Translations under genes and position numbers: made by a program
Origin: a virus
Taxonomy: Duplodnaviria > Heunggongvirae > Uroviricota > Caudoviricetes
IMG/VR virus record: IMGVR_UViG_2585427727_000020
Direction: 5' to 3' (one strand)
Length of the DNA: 34,790 bases
Shown here: piece after piece, positions 19,952 through 28,022 of the stretch
Position numbering within the stretch: position 1 is the stretch's first letter
Layout of the letters: each line of letters begins with the position of its first letter
Notes under the pieces: model-generated
Told to the model about the DNA's origin: nothing
The model's input: the letters and a program-made list of their open reading frames with translations, nothing else
Databases searched by the model: none

Positions 19952-20224
19952 CTATTTGCCTGCTGCCAGCAAAGCGTTACGGCGCATCTCGATATTTCGA
20001 ATCCCCGCTTTGTCAATATTGCATTGTCCCAACGCCGAAAGCAGGCTCACATTCAGATCCAGACTGGCCCCATAGGTCAGCGGCTCGGGAATGACTGGCT
20101 GGGGAGGTTCAGTAGTCAGGCTTGCTGGCAACGGTACCGCCGGAATCGGTACGTAAACTGTTCGCGTACTTCCGCAACCGGTCAGCAGCGGCAGCAGGCA
20201 CATGACGTGAAGCACAATCATCAT
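19952..20224 (-). CDS. Rz1-like o-spanin lipoprotein
   Basis: +1-frame ORF overlapping the 3' part of Rz, with lipobox LLTGC and a Pro-rich mature region. Start ambiguous (candidate starts at 20203, 20224 or 20290). Confidence 0.55.
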   Translation of the reverse strand: MMIVLHVMCLLPLLTGCGSTRTVYVPIPAVPLPASLTTEPPQPVIPEPLTYGASLDLNVSLLSALGQCNIDKAGIRNIEMRRNALLAAGK

Positions 20225-20501
20225 CCGCAACAGCCACTTTGATATCTTCCTGGGTTCTCTGTGACTCCAGTACGATCTGCTGTTTTGCATGCTGGTTAGC
20301 CTCTATAACTGTATTGATGATTTGCAGTGATTGCAGAACGTTACGGGTAATGGCAGTTGCTGATTCAGCATTTCGTACAGCCTCATCAGCACGCTCCTTT
20401 TCGTGCTGATATTTGCTGTAGTAATGCCCGGTAGACCAGATGAAGGAATCAATGACGGTAACAAAGAAGGCAACAATAACCAGCTTATATCTCAGCTTCA
20501 T
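20109..20501 (-). CDS. Rz-like i-spanin
   Basis: 130-aa ORF with N-terminal TM helix (KLVIVAFFVTVIDSFIW) and coiled-coil periplasmic domain; overlaps the endolysin 3' end and contains Rz1. Confidence 0.7.
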   Translation of the reverse strand: MKLRYKLVIVAFFVTVIDSFIWSTGHYYSKYQHEKERADEAVRNAESATAITRNVLQSLQIINTVIEANQHAKQQIVLESQRTQEDIKVAVADDDCASRHVPAAAADRLRKYANSLRTDSGGTVASKPDY

Positions 20502-20961
20502 TTACTTCCCCACCAGCCTCTTTAAATCGGGCAATCAGGTCGCCTATTTTATGTTCATACTGACCATAACCTGCACCAGGTAACGACGCCCAGATATTGC
20601 TGCAACGGTCGATTGCCTGACGAATATCACCGCGATCAATCATCGGTAAAGCGCCACGCTCCTTAATCTGCTGCAGCGCAACAGCATCCTGGCTTTTCGG
20701 AGAGAAGTCTTTCAGTCCAAGTTGCTTACGGTAAGCATCCCACCAACGGGAAAGAAGCTGGTAACGTCCGGCTGCTGTTGATTTGAGTTTGGGGTTTAGC
20801 GTGACAAGTTTGCGAGGGTGATCGGAGTAATCAGTAAACAGTTCGCCGCCAACAATAACGTCATAACCGTGGTTACGTGTCGGTTGTCGCCCGTTATCCG
20901 TTCCTTCTGACCAGGCCACCATATCAAGGAAAGCTTTACGCTGAGGATTTAGTTCCTGCAT
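20485..20961 (-). CDS. Lambda R-type endolysin (lytic transglycosylase)
   Basis: 158-aa ORF closely matching lambda R as I recall it (NPQRKAFLDMVAWSEGTDNGRQPTRNHGYDVIVGGELFTDYSDHP...). Confidence 0.85.
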   Translation of the reverse strand: MQELNPQRKAFLDMVAWSEGTDNGRQPTRNHGYDVIVGGELFTDYSDHPRKLVTLNPKLKSTAAGRYQLLSRWWDAYRKQLGLKDFSPKSQDAVALQQIKERGALPMIDRGDIRQAIDRCSNIWASLPGAGYGQYEHKIGDLIARFKEAGGEVNEAEI

Positions 20962-20964
20962 AAA

Positions 20965-21291
20965 TTACTCCTTCGAGCTACCAAACTTGTTACCGATTAC
21001 TCTCATTGCCGCACCACGAATAGCATCGACCCCGATCAGCCCAACGCCGCCACCAATGGCAACAGAAAGAGATTTAGGCCATCCGACATACTCAAGAGCG
21101 GATGCAAAAGTCAGTGTCAGAGCGCCACAGAGAAAAATCTCGAGCGTTTTTCGCTTCCAGCCCCCACCCCCGCCAAAATAGGCAATGCGCAAGCCAGCCA
21201 TAACGATCGACATAATTACTGCGCCCAGTGGTGTGTCTCCACGCCACCAGCTCTGGAACAACTCCAGCCAGGTATTTGGGTTATGAGGCAT
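20965..21291 (-). CDS. Holin
   Basis: 108-aa ORF with hydrophobic helices and a charged C-terminus, immediately upstream of the endolysin. Confidence 0.7.
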   Translation of the reverse strand: MPHNPNTWLELFQSWWRGDTPLGAVIMSIVMAGLRIAYFGGGGGWKRKTLEIFLCGALTLTFASALEYVGWPKSLSVAIGGGVGLIGVDAIRGAAMRVIGNKFGSSKE

Positions 21292-21430
21292 TTGTAGTTA
21301 TCTCTCACCTCGCCGATAAAGGAGGTGCAAATTGAGGGTGTACCACGAACCGCAAATCAGAAGCGGAAACGTAAAAGAAGCCGAGCCAATGGATAACTGC
21401 GGGATAGGGCAGAAGCAATTAATCCCTAGG

Positions 21431-21465
21431 CCCAGAAACGACAAAACCCGCTCGACGGCGGGTTT
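21431..21465 (-). terminator. Intrinsic terminator upstream of the holin (candidate late terminator, tR'-like)
   Basis: Minus strand: 8-bp stem AAACCCGC / GCGGGTTT with 6-nt loop, followed by TGTCGTTT; about 150 nt upstream of the holin start. Confidence 0.4.
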
Positions 21466-21588
21466 AAGTTGTGTGGCGAAGTAACCACTCATAACAGATT
21501 ACAATGGTTTCTGCGGACCGCGTGAGTGATTTTATTTAATTTTTAATGTAAATTTCAGTTCCTTTTGAGTGATTACATGGAGTACATA

Positions 21589-22404
21589 ATGAAAGTGTTC
21601 ATAAGTTGGTCTGGGCAAAGAAGTCAAGCTGTTGCAGAACTTATTAGCGACTGGCTGAAGTGTGTTATCCAAGCTTCGCAGCCATGGATTTCAACCAGAG
21701 ATATTGATCGTGGCGCTATATGGTTCTCTGAAATTAATGATAAATTAAAAGATGTATCTGTCGGCATTGTATGTTTGACACAAGAAAATAAAAATAAACC
21801 ATGGATTTTGTTTGAAACAGGAGCACTAGCAAAAGGACTTTCAACAAATAAAGTTTGTACATTCTTGATTGACTTAAAACCAGAAGATTTAAAAGATCCA
21901 CTTGCTCAATTCAATCACACAACGCCAAATAAAGAGAGTGTTTGGGAATTAGTAAGGACAATAAACAATTGTCTTGTCGATAAATCTTTAGATGACCGTA
22001 TTCTAAAGCAAGTTTTTAATACATACTGGGAGCAATTTGAAAACAATTTTAAACGAGCTTTAGATCAATACCCTCCAACTGAAGAAGTAAAACCACGTAC
22101 TGAACAAGATCTTTTATCTGAAATATTACAAAACACTCGTTCATTAAATCAAAGGATTAGAGTTCTTGAACGTGATGCTACTATCAACTCCATAAATAGC
22201 CATATGAATTTAACTCCTGTAGAACAGAAGGATGTTTGGTATCTACAAAAACAGATAGATGAAATTATAAAGAATGGATTGCTTGACGAGGATGAAATAA
22301 TATCATTCTTAGACAAATATGACATTCCTGAAAAAATGATTAGGAACCAAATAAAATACACATTAAACCAACGATTATCTGAAAGTAATAAAAAAAAGAA
22401 ATAA
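21589..22404 (+). CDS. TIR-like domain protein (N-terminal TIR-like fold, C-terminal helical domain); low-GC moron between Q and the holin
   Basis: N-terminus has the TIR-like signature order: VFISWSG strand, helix, DIDRG...W...I turn, VGIVCLT strand, then WILFETG with a Glu. Very AT-rich; opposite strand to all flanking genes. Start at ATG 21589 preceded by GGAG; alternatives at 21565 and 21577. Confidence 0.55.
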   Translation: MKVFISWSGQRSQAVAELISDWLKCVIQASQPWISTRDIDRGAIWFSEINDKLKDVSVGIVCLTQENKNKPWILFETGALAKGLSTNKVCTFLIDLKPEDLKDPLAQFNHTTPNKESVWELVRTINNCLVDKSLDDRILKQVFNTYWEQFENNFKRALDQYPPTEEVKPRTEQDLLSEILQNTRSLNQRIRVLERDATINSINSHMNLTPVEQKDVWYLQKQIDEIIKNGLLDEDEIISFLDKYDIPEKMIRNQIKYTLNQRLSESNKKKK

Positions 22405-22409
22405 CCTTC

Positions 22410-22446
22410 CCCCGTAAACATAAAGTTTACGGGGTTATTTTTTATT
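22410..22446 (+). terminator. Rho-independent terminator of the TIR-like gene
   Basis: Perfect 10-bp stem CCCCGTAAAC / GTTTACGGGG with 5-nt loop, followed by TTATTTTTTATT, starting 6 nt after the stop. Confidence 0.7.
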
Positions 22447-22810
22447 ATAACTCCATATCTAAATGAATATCGAGAGTAGAAAGGCAACCATCAATGAATC
22501 CCTCTGCTAACAATATTTCTATACGGATTAATTTCTCATCCTTTCCTTGTATTTTGGCAATCTTCCGCTTTGAAAACCCGTACAAATAATGCGCAACCAG
22601 TAAAGAATGCTCATAAGGTTTTCTTTTTTTTAGTTGCTCCAAGCAACTTTCAATAATTAGCGCATCATTATCTGAACAAGCTTGGCGTGCCTTACTGGTA
22701 TAGGGAAGAAGTCCCTTAAACCCAGCAGCTATAGGCGAATAGTCCACTCCTGAGCTATCACTAGCTGCCCATGCCCCCCAACGTTCAAGGATGATCTGAA
22801 TATCACGCAT
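22445..22810 (-). CDS. Q-type late antiterminator (QuuD-like)
   Basis: MRDIQIILERWGAWAA...AAGFKGLLPYTSK... resembles E. coli prophage antiterminator Q proteins; sits upstream of the lysis cassette. Start taken at the internal Met. Confidence 0.7.
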   Translation of the reverse strand: MRDIQIILERWGAWAASDSSGVDYSPIAAGFKGLLPYTSKARQACSDNDALIIESCLEQLKKRKPYEHSLLVAHYLYGFSKRKIAKIQGKDEKLIRIEILLAEGFIDGCLSTLDIHLDMEL

Positions 22811-22827
22811 CAAATTTCTCCACAAAA

Positions 22828-23823
22828 TCAGGCCAGCACGCCTATTTCCAGCGCACGATCGATAAAACGAAATATCAGCTCCAGCTGGGAGCCATACTTC
22901 TCTTCAAATGCCACGGTATCCGCATGCAGCTCGTCGTGATGCTTTCTGCACAAAGGCAACACAAAGAGGTCATGCGCTTTTGTACCCATTCCCCCCTGAC
23001 CGTGGCCTATCAGGTGGTGGGGATCATCAGCAGGTTTTCCACAACATGCGCACGGCTGCGTCTTAACCCAGCGCGTGTACTTTTCATTAACCCAGCGGCG
23101 ACGTTTTGGGCGTAACATAAAAGACTCCGGCGACTCCGGATCCACTTTCAGCGCCAGCATCTTTTTCGCCTTATCCTGGATGATGCTGGTGGCAGGAACC
23201 GAAGGCACAAGGTCACTTTCCCGGGTGACAGACGGCACAACAGGCTTCGGTAATCTCAGTGCCTTACGGGCTGCACTTTCCGGTAAGGCATCCGCCAGGT
23301 CATTACGAATCAGCCACCAGCACAGTTCCGGCATTGTCACAACGTGACTATAATCAAAACCGAGATCCCGACGCACAACAGACAACACCCAGCGGGCACA
23401 GTTATCCGTTGCCATTGATTCCAGCCGTTCCGTGAACTGATCGCGCAGCTGGTTATCACAGTGCCAGCACAGACGGATTGCGCCCGGAGCGTGTCGCATT
23501 GTGGTAATGTTCTCGCTGTGCCAGTCGGAATGAGGCCACTGACAGCCCTTTTCACGAAGTAACCAGCTTTCAAGACATTCCACGCCACCAGCACGACGGA
23601 TCACTGCCTCATTGCGGAACACGGCCCGAACGGCAGGATCATCCACCAGCGGTTGTGATGCCGCCGGAACGGCACCACTGGCGAAAGATGAATAACATTC
23701 CGGCTCAGGCTCCAGCAGGACACGCCCCTGCATAAACAGGGGCATCAGCTCTGAACCTGGCCTGAACAATACGATCCCCATACGCGGGGCAATTTCAGGA
23801 GTCAGTAGTGCTCTCACGGTCAC
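22828..23823 (-). CDS. DUF968-like prophage protein with C-terminal HNH-like motif
   Basis: 331-aa ORF; C-terminus CACCGKPADDPHHLIGHGQGGMGTKAHDLFVLPLCRKHHDELH is a Cys/His nuclease-like motif common in nin-region proteins of enterobacterial prophages. Confidence 0.6.
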   Translation of the reverse strand: MTVRALLTPEIAPRMGIVLFRPGSELMPLFMQGRVLLEPEPECYSSFASGAVPAASQPLVDDPAVRAVFRNEAVIRRAGGVECLESWLLREKGCQWPHSDWHSENITTMRHAPGAIRLCWHCDNQLRDQFTERLESMATDNCARWVLSVVRRDLGFDYSHVVTMPELCWWLIRNDLADALPESAARKALRLPKPVVPSVTRESDLVPSVPATSIIQDKAKKMLALKVDPESPESFMLRPKRRRWVNEKYTRWVKTQPCACCGKPADDPHHLIGHGQGGMGTKAHDLFVLPLCRKHHDELHADTVAFEEKYGSQLELIFRFIDRALEIGVLA

Positions 23824-23824
23824 C

Positions 23825-24622
23825 TCAATGAACGGTATCGAGCAGCTTTAACAGCTCAGGGAATCGGGATTCGAAGAAATGCGGCTGCGTCTCGCGCGGA
23901 TTTGCGGGACTGGTGATATTCTTGCCGAACATGCAGCCTTTCGCTGTCAGCGACCAGAATTTTTTGATGTTGTTAATCGCGGTACGGCTGTATCGTTCGC
24001 GCTGCTCGACGATCCCCAGCGTCACCATCTGGTGATATGCCTGATTAGCTGTCAGGCGGATACCATACTGCTTCAGCAGTGCACTCAGTGACAGCGTGGG
24101 GCGGCTTGAGCCATCAGGCGCGTCAGCAGGAGCATCAATGGCATAGCGCGGTGCCAGATTCGGTAAGCCAACAGCCTCCTGGAGTTTCTGACAGGCACCA
24201 AGCACTGAAGAGTTAGACAGGTTTAATTCCCGGCGCATAAAGTCCAGCAGAATCACACCAGCCTGCATCTTGTCAGCAGCCTGTCCGGATAATTTTTCCG
24301 GTGCGCTGGTTACCATATCGAAAGTACGGATCACCTTCAGATGGAATGACGGGCTGATCCACATTGCATAGGCATACACCAGTTCTTTGCAGACATACGT
24401 CCCCTGGTTATTTCCGCCACGAATAACGTTAACTGGCTCTATATTGACTGAGTTGCAAATCTGTAACTCGCTTATTAAACGTTCAGTTTGCTCATTGCGG
24501 AGCCAGAATGCAGGCTTATGCTTATCCAGAGAACCGGCAGCCCTGTGCAGATCGTTCAGGCTGTAACGCCCATAAGCATCACGACGAACTTCAATACCAT
24601 CAATTACCATCAGATTATTCAT
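23825..24622 (-). CDS. KilA-N domain protein
   Basis: N-terminus (MVIDGIEVRRDAYGRYSLNDLHRAAG...KPAFWLRNEQTERLI) has the KilA-N signature. Confidence 0.7.
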   Translation of the reverse strand: MNNLMVIDGIEVRRDAYGRYSLNDLHRAAGSLDKHKPAFWLRNEQTERLISELQICNSVNIEPVNVIRGGNNQGTYVCKELVYAYAMWISPSFHLKVIRTFDMVTSAPEKLSGQAADKMQAGVILLDFMRRELNLSNSSVLGACQKLQEAVGLPNLAPRYAIDAPADAPDGSSRPTLSLSALLKQYGIRLTANQAYHQMVTLGIVEQRERYSRTAINNIKKFWSLTAKGCMFGKNITSPANPRETQPHFFESRFPELLKLLDTVH

Positions 24623-24641
24623 ACTTCCTTTCTCCTCTTAA

Positions 24642-25031
24642 TCAGGCGGCTGCCCCCGCCGGTTTCTCGTACTTACTGATAGTGATCTCGACCTTCCCTT
24701 CCGGGATAACCGGTCCCCACTCCACCAACATTCTTTTCACTTGGCTGTCGTCTTCCCACACACCCGCGTGGGTCAGGGCGTCAAACAGCGCCTTGTTATA
24801 GTTGTCCAGATCGCGGATCCGGTTATCCGGAGGAAACAACACGATCTCCACTGAAGCAGGTGCCGACGTTGGTTTCGGCAGACGACGTAACTGCTCAACT
24901 ATTGCTGCGCACGCTGCGCTCTGGAATTTTCGCCCCGCCGCGCTTATCAGGCTCTTACCAGCAAACGCCCCTTTGTTGGGGTGTCGCCAGTACGTGTTCA
25001 CGCTGGGCGGAAAAGGCAGGATCAGCTTCAT
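24642..25031 (-). CDS. rusA: RusA-type Holliday junction resolvase
   Basis: 129-aa ORF (MKLILPFPPSVNTYWRH...DLDNYNKALFDALTHAGVWEDDSQV) with the conserved RusA motifs including catalytic Asp residues. Confidence 0.85.
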   Translation of the reverse strand: MKLILPFPPSVNTYWRHPNKGAFAGKSLISAAGRKFQSAACAAIVEQLRRLPKPTSAPASVEIVLFPPDNRIRDLDNYNKALFDALTHAGVWEDDSQVKRMLVEWGPVIPEGKVEITISKYEKPAGAAA

Positions 25032-25354
25032 ACTTTCAGGCCCCTCTCATGTAACCAGTGGGTTGCACGCAGCCTTGCGTTTTCCTCACCGGCAAGCAGT
25101 GCGCGGATAATCCCGACCGCCTCGCTGTCGTCGTCCTTCACCGCGGTATGAAGCGTTATCCCCCGGGCCACGCCACGCTTTATCGTGATGACGCCTTTTT
25201 TCTCCAGTGCGCGAAGATGCTCTACCGCTGCATTCACTGAACGGTATCCCAGCATGGTTGCCACCTCCTGATTGGTTGGCGGAAAGCCACGCTCTTTCTG
25301 ATAAGAAATCAGCATATCCAGCACCTGCTGCTGGCATTGAGTTAACGTCGTCAT
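25028..25354 (-). CDS. LexA N-terminal DNA-binding-domain paralog lacking the S24 peptidase domain
   Basis: MTTLTQCQQQVLDMLISYQKERGFPPTNQEVATMLGYRSVNAAVEHLRALEKKGVITIKRGVARGI aligns residue by residue with the LexA winged-helix domain, including the recognition helix (SVNAAVEHL vs SPNAAEEHL). Only about 45 further residues follow; no Ser/Lys peptidase domain. Confidence 0.7.
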   Translation of the reverse strand: MTTLTQCQQQVLDMLISYQKERGFPPTNQEVATMLGYRSVNAAVEHLRALEKKGVITIKRGVARGITLHTAVKDDDSEAVGIIRALLAGEENARLRATHWLHERGLKV

Positions 25355-25842
25355 TACGCCCCCACGTAATTCCCTGACAGATACCACTCATCACTCGATA
25401 CAGCGCGCTTGCTGCTTTTCCGTAAACACAGCTCACGACGCGCCAGAAAATTGTTTCGTTCTGGCTGGGAGTGGCTTTCACGGAATGCCGCCATCCACAC
25501 GGTTGCAGCACGACGGTATAAGCCCCTGGACTCCAGTTCTTCAGCCTGGCGGGTCAGGCACAAAATCACCCGTGGATCGTTAGTGCCGACATAGAAATTG
25601 CGCACAGGTCTGGTTTCTCGAACTGGTTGTGGTTCCGGTTCCTGCGCTCTCTCAGTCAGGCGCGGGAAATGTCTGCGTGTATCTCCTTCACAACGGTGAG
25701 CCACACGCCCACTCTGACGTAACTTGCTTGCAGACTGCAGAACGCGCTGCCGTGAGTAACCTGCAAAAGCATCCGCAATGTCTCCGGAAGTACACCCCGG
25801 ATGGGCTTCAATGAATTTCTGAACGTCATTTAACAGACTCAT
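25354..25842 (-). CDS. PerC-like transcriptional regulator (putative)
   Basis: Contains a GLYRRAATVWM segment recalling the PerC/Pch family motif; stop overlaps the start of the LexA-like gene. Assignment from memory only. Confidence 0.4.
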   Translation of the reverse strand: MSLLNDVQKFIEAHPGCTSGDIADAFAGYSRQRVLQSASKLRQSGRVAHRCEGDTRRHFPRLTERAQEPEPQPVRETRPVRNFYVGTNDPRVILCLTRQAEELESRGLYRRAATVWMAAFRESHSQPERNNFLARRELCLRKSSKRAVSSDEWYLSGNYVGA

Positions 25843-25844
25843 GA

Positions 25845-26786
25845 TCACCCTCTGAATCCTGTCGGGATCTGGCTGTAGTCCACGTTGTCGTAACTGGCTT
25901 TGAAGTACGGGTCCTCGCGTTTTTCGGTGTACGTGCTGACGGACGGCGATAAGCGCAGGGAAAGCTCATCCCATTTTTCCCGCAGCTTCGACGGGCTGAG
26001 CACGTTACGGCACCAGAACGGATCGCGGCTGACGCGGCTGTACATCTCGCAGATTTGTTTGTGAGTACGCCCATCCTGTACACACATCAGGCGAATTTCG
26101 TTTGCCCAGGCTGTCCAGTTCGGTTCTTTGGGACGAACCACCTCGCCGTCACATTCGGCAGCCTGCTCGTACAGGGCGATGATTTTTTTCCAGAGCCACT
26201 GTGCGCAGGTCAAATCATCCTTCGTCCCCCACTGGCGCTTTTTAGGGCTGAATACAACCGCATCAGGATGGCGAGTTAAAAAATCCTGTTCATCCGTCTG
26301 CGTGTCCGGTTGCGAAGCGTCCGGACGAGAAGGTTTTTTATCTGACGGATCATGTTTTGATTTTACTGACGGATCCCCGCCAGATTCTGACGGGTGAAAA
26401 CCCGCTTTTTTGCCAGATTTCGACGCATCAAATTTTGACGGGTCAGATTTTGATGCGTCAGATTTTGACGGGTCAGAATCTGACAGTTGAGAAAATGCCG
26501 CTGCCTGAAGCTTCGCAACGTTAAGCTGATAAACATTCGACGCATTGCGGTTACCCTGGCGACGCGCCTTACGCGTTAACCAGCCTTCTGCTTCCAGCCG
26601 TGCGATAGCCGTTCTGACGGTACTCATCCCCGCGCCAATTTGACGGGCAATGGTTTCAATTGATGGCCAGCACACACCTTCGTCATTACTGAAATCAGCC
26701 AGGCGGGCCATAATTGCCACGCTGGATAACTTCATGCCTGATGCAGCGCAACCATCCCATACATAACCGGTTAATTTAGTGCTCAT
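25845..26786 (-). CDS. Replication initiator (lambda O-like: N-terminal winged-helix domain, repeat-encoded linker)
   Basis: N-terminal HTH (ETIARQIGAGMSTVRTAIARLEAEGWL), central low-complexity SKSDxSK repeats encoded by DNA iterons, C-terminal domain. Occupies the replication-gene position downstream of cro. Confidence 0.6.
   Translation of the reverse strand: MSTKLTGYVWDGCAASGMKLSSVAIMARLADFSNDEGVCWPSIETIARQIGAGMSTVRTAIARLEAEGWLTRKARRQGNRNASNVYQLNVAKLQAAAFSQLSDSDPSKSDASKSDPSKFDASKSGKKAGFHPSESGGDPSVKSKHDPSDKKPSRPDASQPDTQTDEQDFLTRHPDAVVFSPKKRQWGTKDDLTCAQWLWKKIIALYEQAAECDGEVVRPKEPNWTAWANEIRLMCVQDGRTHKQICEMYSRVSRDPFWCRNVLSPSKLREKWDELSLRLSPSVSTYTEKREDPYFKASYDNVDYSQIPTGFRG
26340..26490. repeat. 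Iteron-like direct repeats inside the replication initiator gene (candidate origin)
   Basis: Several copies of TTTTGACGGGTCAGA / TTTTGATGCGTCAGA-like units; analogous to ori-lambda iterons inside gene O. Confidence 0.5.
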
Positions 26787-26955
26787 AACCGACCTCTATT
26801 TCCCTGAATTTACGACGAAACTGTTCGAGCGGACTGAAGCATTCATGCTCATAACCTTCGCGGAGGTAGATAACCCGTTGTGTTTCCGGCTCCCAACGAA
26901 TGACTCTGACGGGCACTCCGTAGTGATCTTTGAACCAGCGGTTAACTTGTCGCAA
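26776..26955 (-). CDS. Small DUF4222-like phage protein (TTG start)
   Basis: 59-aa frame not listed as such in the ORF track: (M)[49 protein letters not shown]... preceded by AAGGAGA; stop overlaps the replication gene start. Confidence 0.4.
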   Translation of the reverse strand: MRQVNRWFKDHYGVPVRVIRWEPETQRVIYLREGYEHECFSPLEQFRRKFREIEVGYEH

Positions 26956-27130
26956 AGGACTGTCTCCTTCTGCCGGTTGAAATCACCCACAGCCCACTCT
27001 GCAAAGCTGTGGGTTACAATTTCCCTGTCACCTGGTACATTCACTGCATAGCAATATTCCACCTTCGCTTTTCCACCCGGTACAGGAAGCGCAATCAGTT
27101 GCGAGCGACGGTAGTGTGTTGTTAAACTGT

Positions 27131-27700
27131 TCATGCGTTAGTTTCTCCACAACCAGAAGCAATCGACGCCACGACGCCCGGAGCTGCACACTCGCGGGCG
27201 TCATTACTTTCTGAAATGCAAAAAATTTTGTAGACAAGTGCTGCATGCTCCTGCAGCTTCGAAATTGAGAGATACAGCTCGTCGTTAATTGCTGTCTTCT
27301 CATGCGGTTCCACTACACCGTCTTCGATTGCTGAACGAATCTGTTTTGAATAACTGCCGATCTGTTCAATGACTTCCAGCAGACGCTGGTTAATATCGGC
27401 GTTGTCCACATCCTCGACGTCAGGAAGAGACACAAAGACGCCATTTGCAGACTGCGCCACAGCATCAGCAATGAAGTGAGTGCCACCAGCACGCTGTAAA
27501 ACCATTGCCCATCCCAGCGGGAAAATCTGATCGCCATCTGCACGAAGGCGGTTGAATAAAGCGTTTTCTGTTACATCGAGCCAGTCAGCCGCTTCAGCGT
27601 AACCACCCGGCAACGCCGCGATAGTTTTTCTGACAGCTTTCACGTACCACTCAGGCTGTTTTTCTACTTTCCAGTGATGCTTACCCACGATTAGCCTCAT
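27131..27700 (-). CDS. Putative cII-like early regulator (186 CII / CP76-type?)
   Basis: 189-aa ORF in the cII position between cro and the replication gene, with a possible HTH ([21 protein letters not shown]). Weak assignment. Confidence 0.3.
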   Translation of the reverse strand: MRLIVGKHHWKVEKQPEWYVKAVRKTIAALPGGYAEAADWLDVTENALFNRLRADGDQIFPLGWAMVLQRAGGTHFIADAVAQSANGVFVSLPDVEDVDNADINQRLLEVIEQIGSYSKQIRSAIEDGVVEPHEKTAINDELYLSISKLQEHAALVYKIFCISESNDARECAAPGVVASIASGCGETNA

Positions 27701-27731
27701 CGTTCTGTGGTTAAAAATTGAAAGTGTTCTG

Positions 27732-27932
27732 CTAATCTTTCGGATAGATATCCGGTCTTAAGTCAGATTTCGTAATTGCACCTGACGTGCATTGCTCAAG
27801 TTTTTTAGCCAGCACAAAACTGGCTTTTTTATAGCCATTGAAAACCAGCCGTAAGTAGCCAGGTGTTGAGCCAACTTTTCCGGCCAACTCGCCCTGCTGT
27901 TCTTTGGTTAAAGAGTCCCAATACGCTTTCAT
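27732..27932 (-). CDS. Cro-like HTH repressor
   Basis: 66-aa ORF (MKAYWDSLTKEQQGELAGKVGSTPGYLRLVFNGYKK...) with a GGAGGT RBS, divergent from cI. The 167-aa ORF-track frame is an upstream extension overlapping cI. Confidence 0.65.
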   Translation of the reverse strand: MKAYWDSLTKEQQGELAGKVGSTPGYLRLVFNGYKKASFVLAKKLEQCTSGAITKSDLRPDIYPKD

Positions 27933-27935
27933 ACA

Positions 27936-28007
27936 ATATGTACCTCCGGTGTACATATTACATGATTGAAATGAACCTTCAAGATACTTGTACCTTAACG
28001 GTACAAG
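27936..28007. promoter_or_regulatory. OR-like operator region between cro and cI
   Basis: Two palindromes built on a TGTACC/GGTACA half-site: ATATGTAC-N7-GTACATAT (27936-27958) and CTTGTACC-N5-GGTACAAG (27987-28007). Confidence 0.5.
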
Positions 28008-28022
28008 GGTTTTAATTTCGTT

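Noticed and set aside
21298-21492. 64-aa minus-strand ORF in the Q-to-holin intergenic region
   Set aside because: Region is better explained as regulatory (terminator hairpin, late promoter area); ORF has no RBS and a Cys/Leu-rich junk translation.
26395-26480. Short direct repeats considered as a CRISPR array
   Set aside because: Units are about 15 nt, imperfect, without spacers of regular length, and lie inside a coding gene where they encode a peptide repeat; they fit iterons, not CRISPR.
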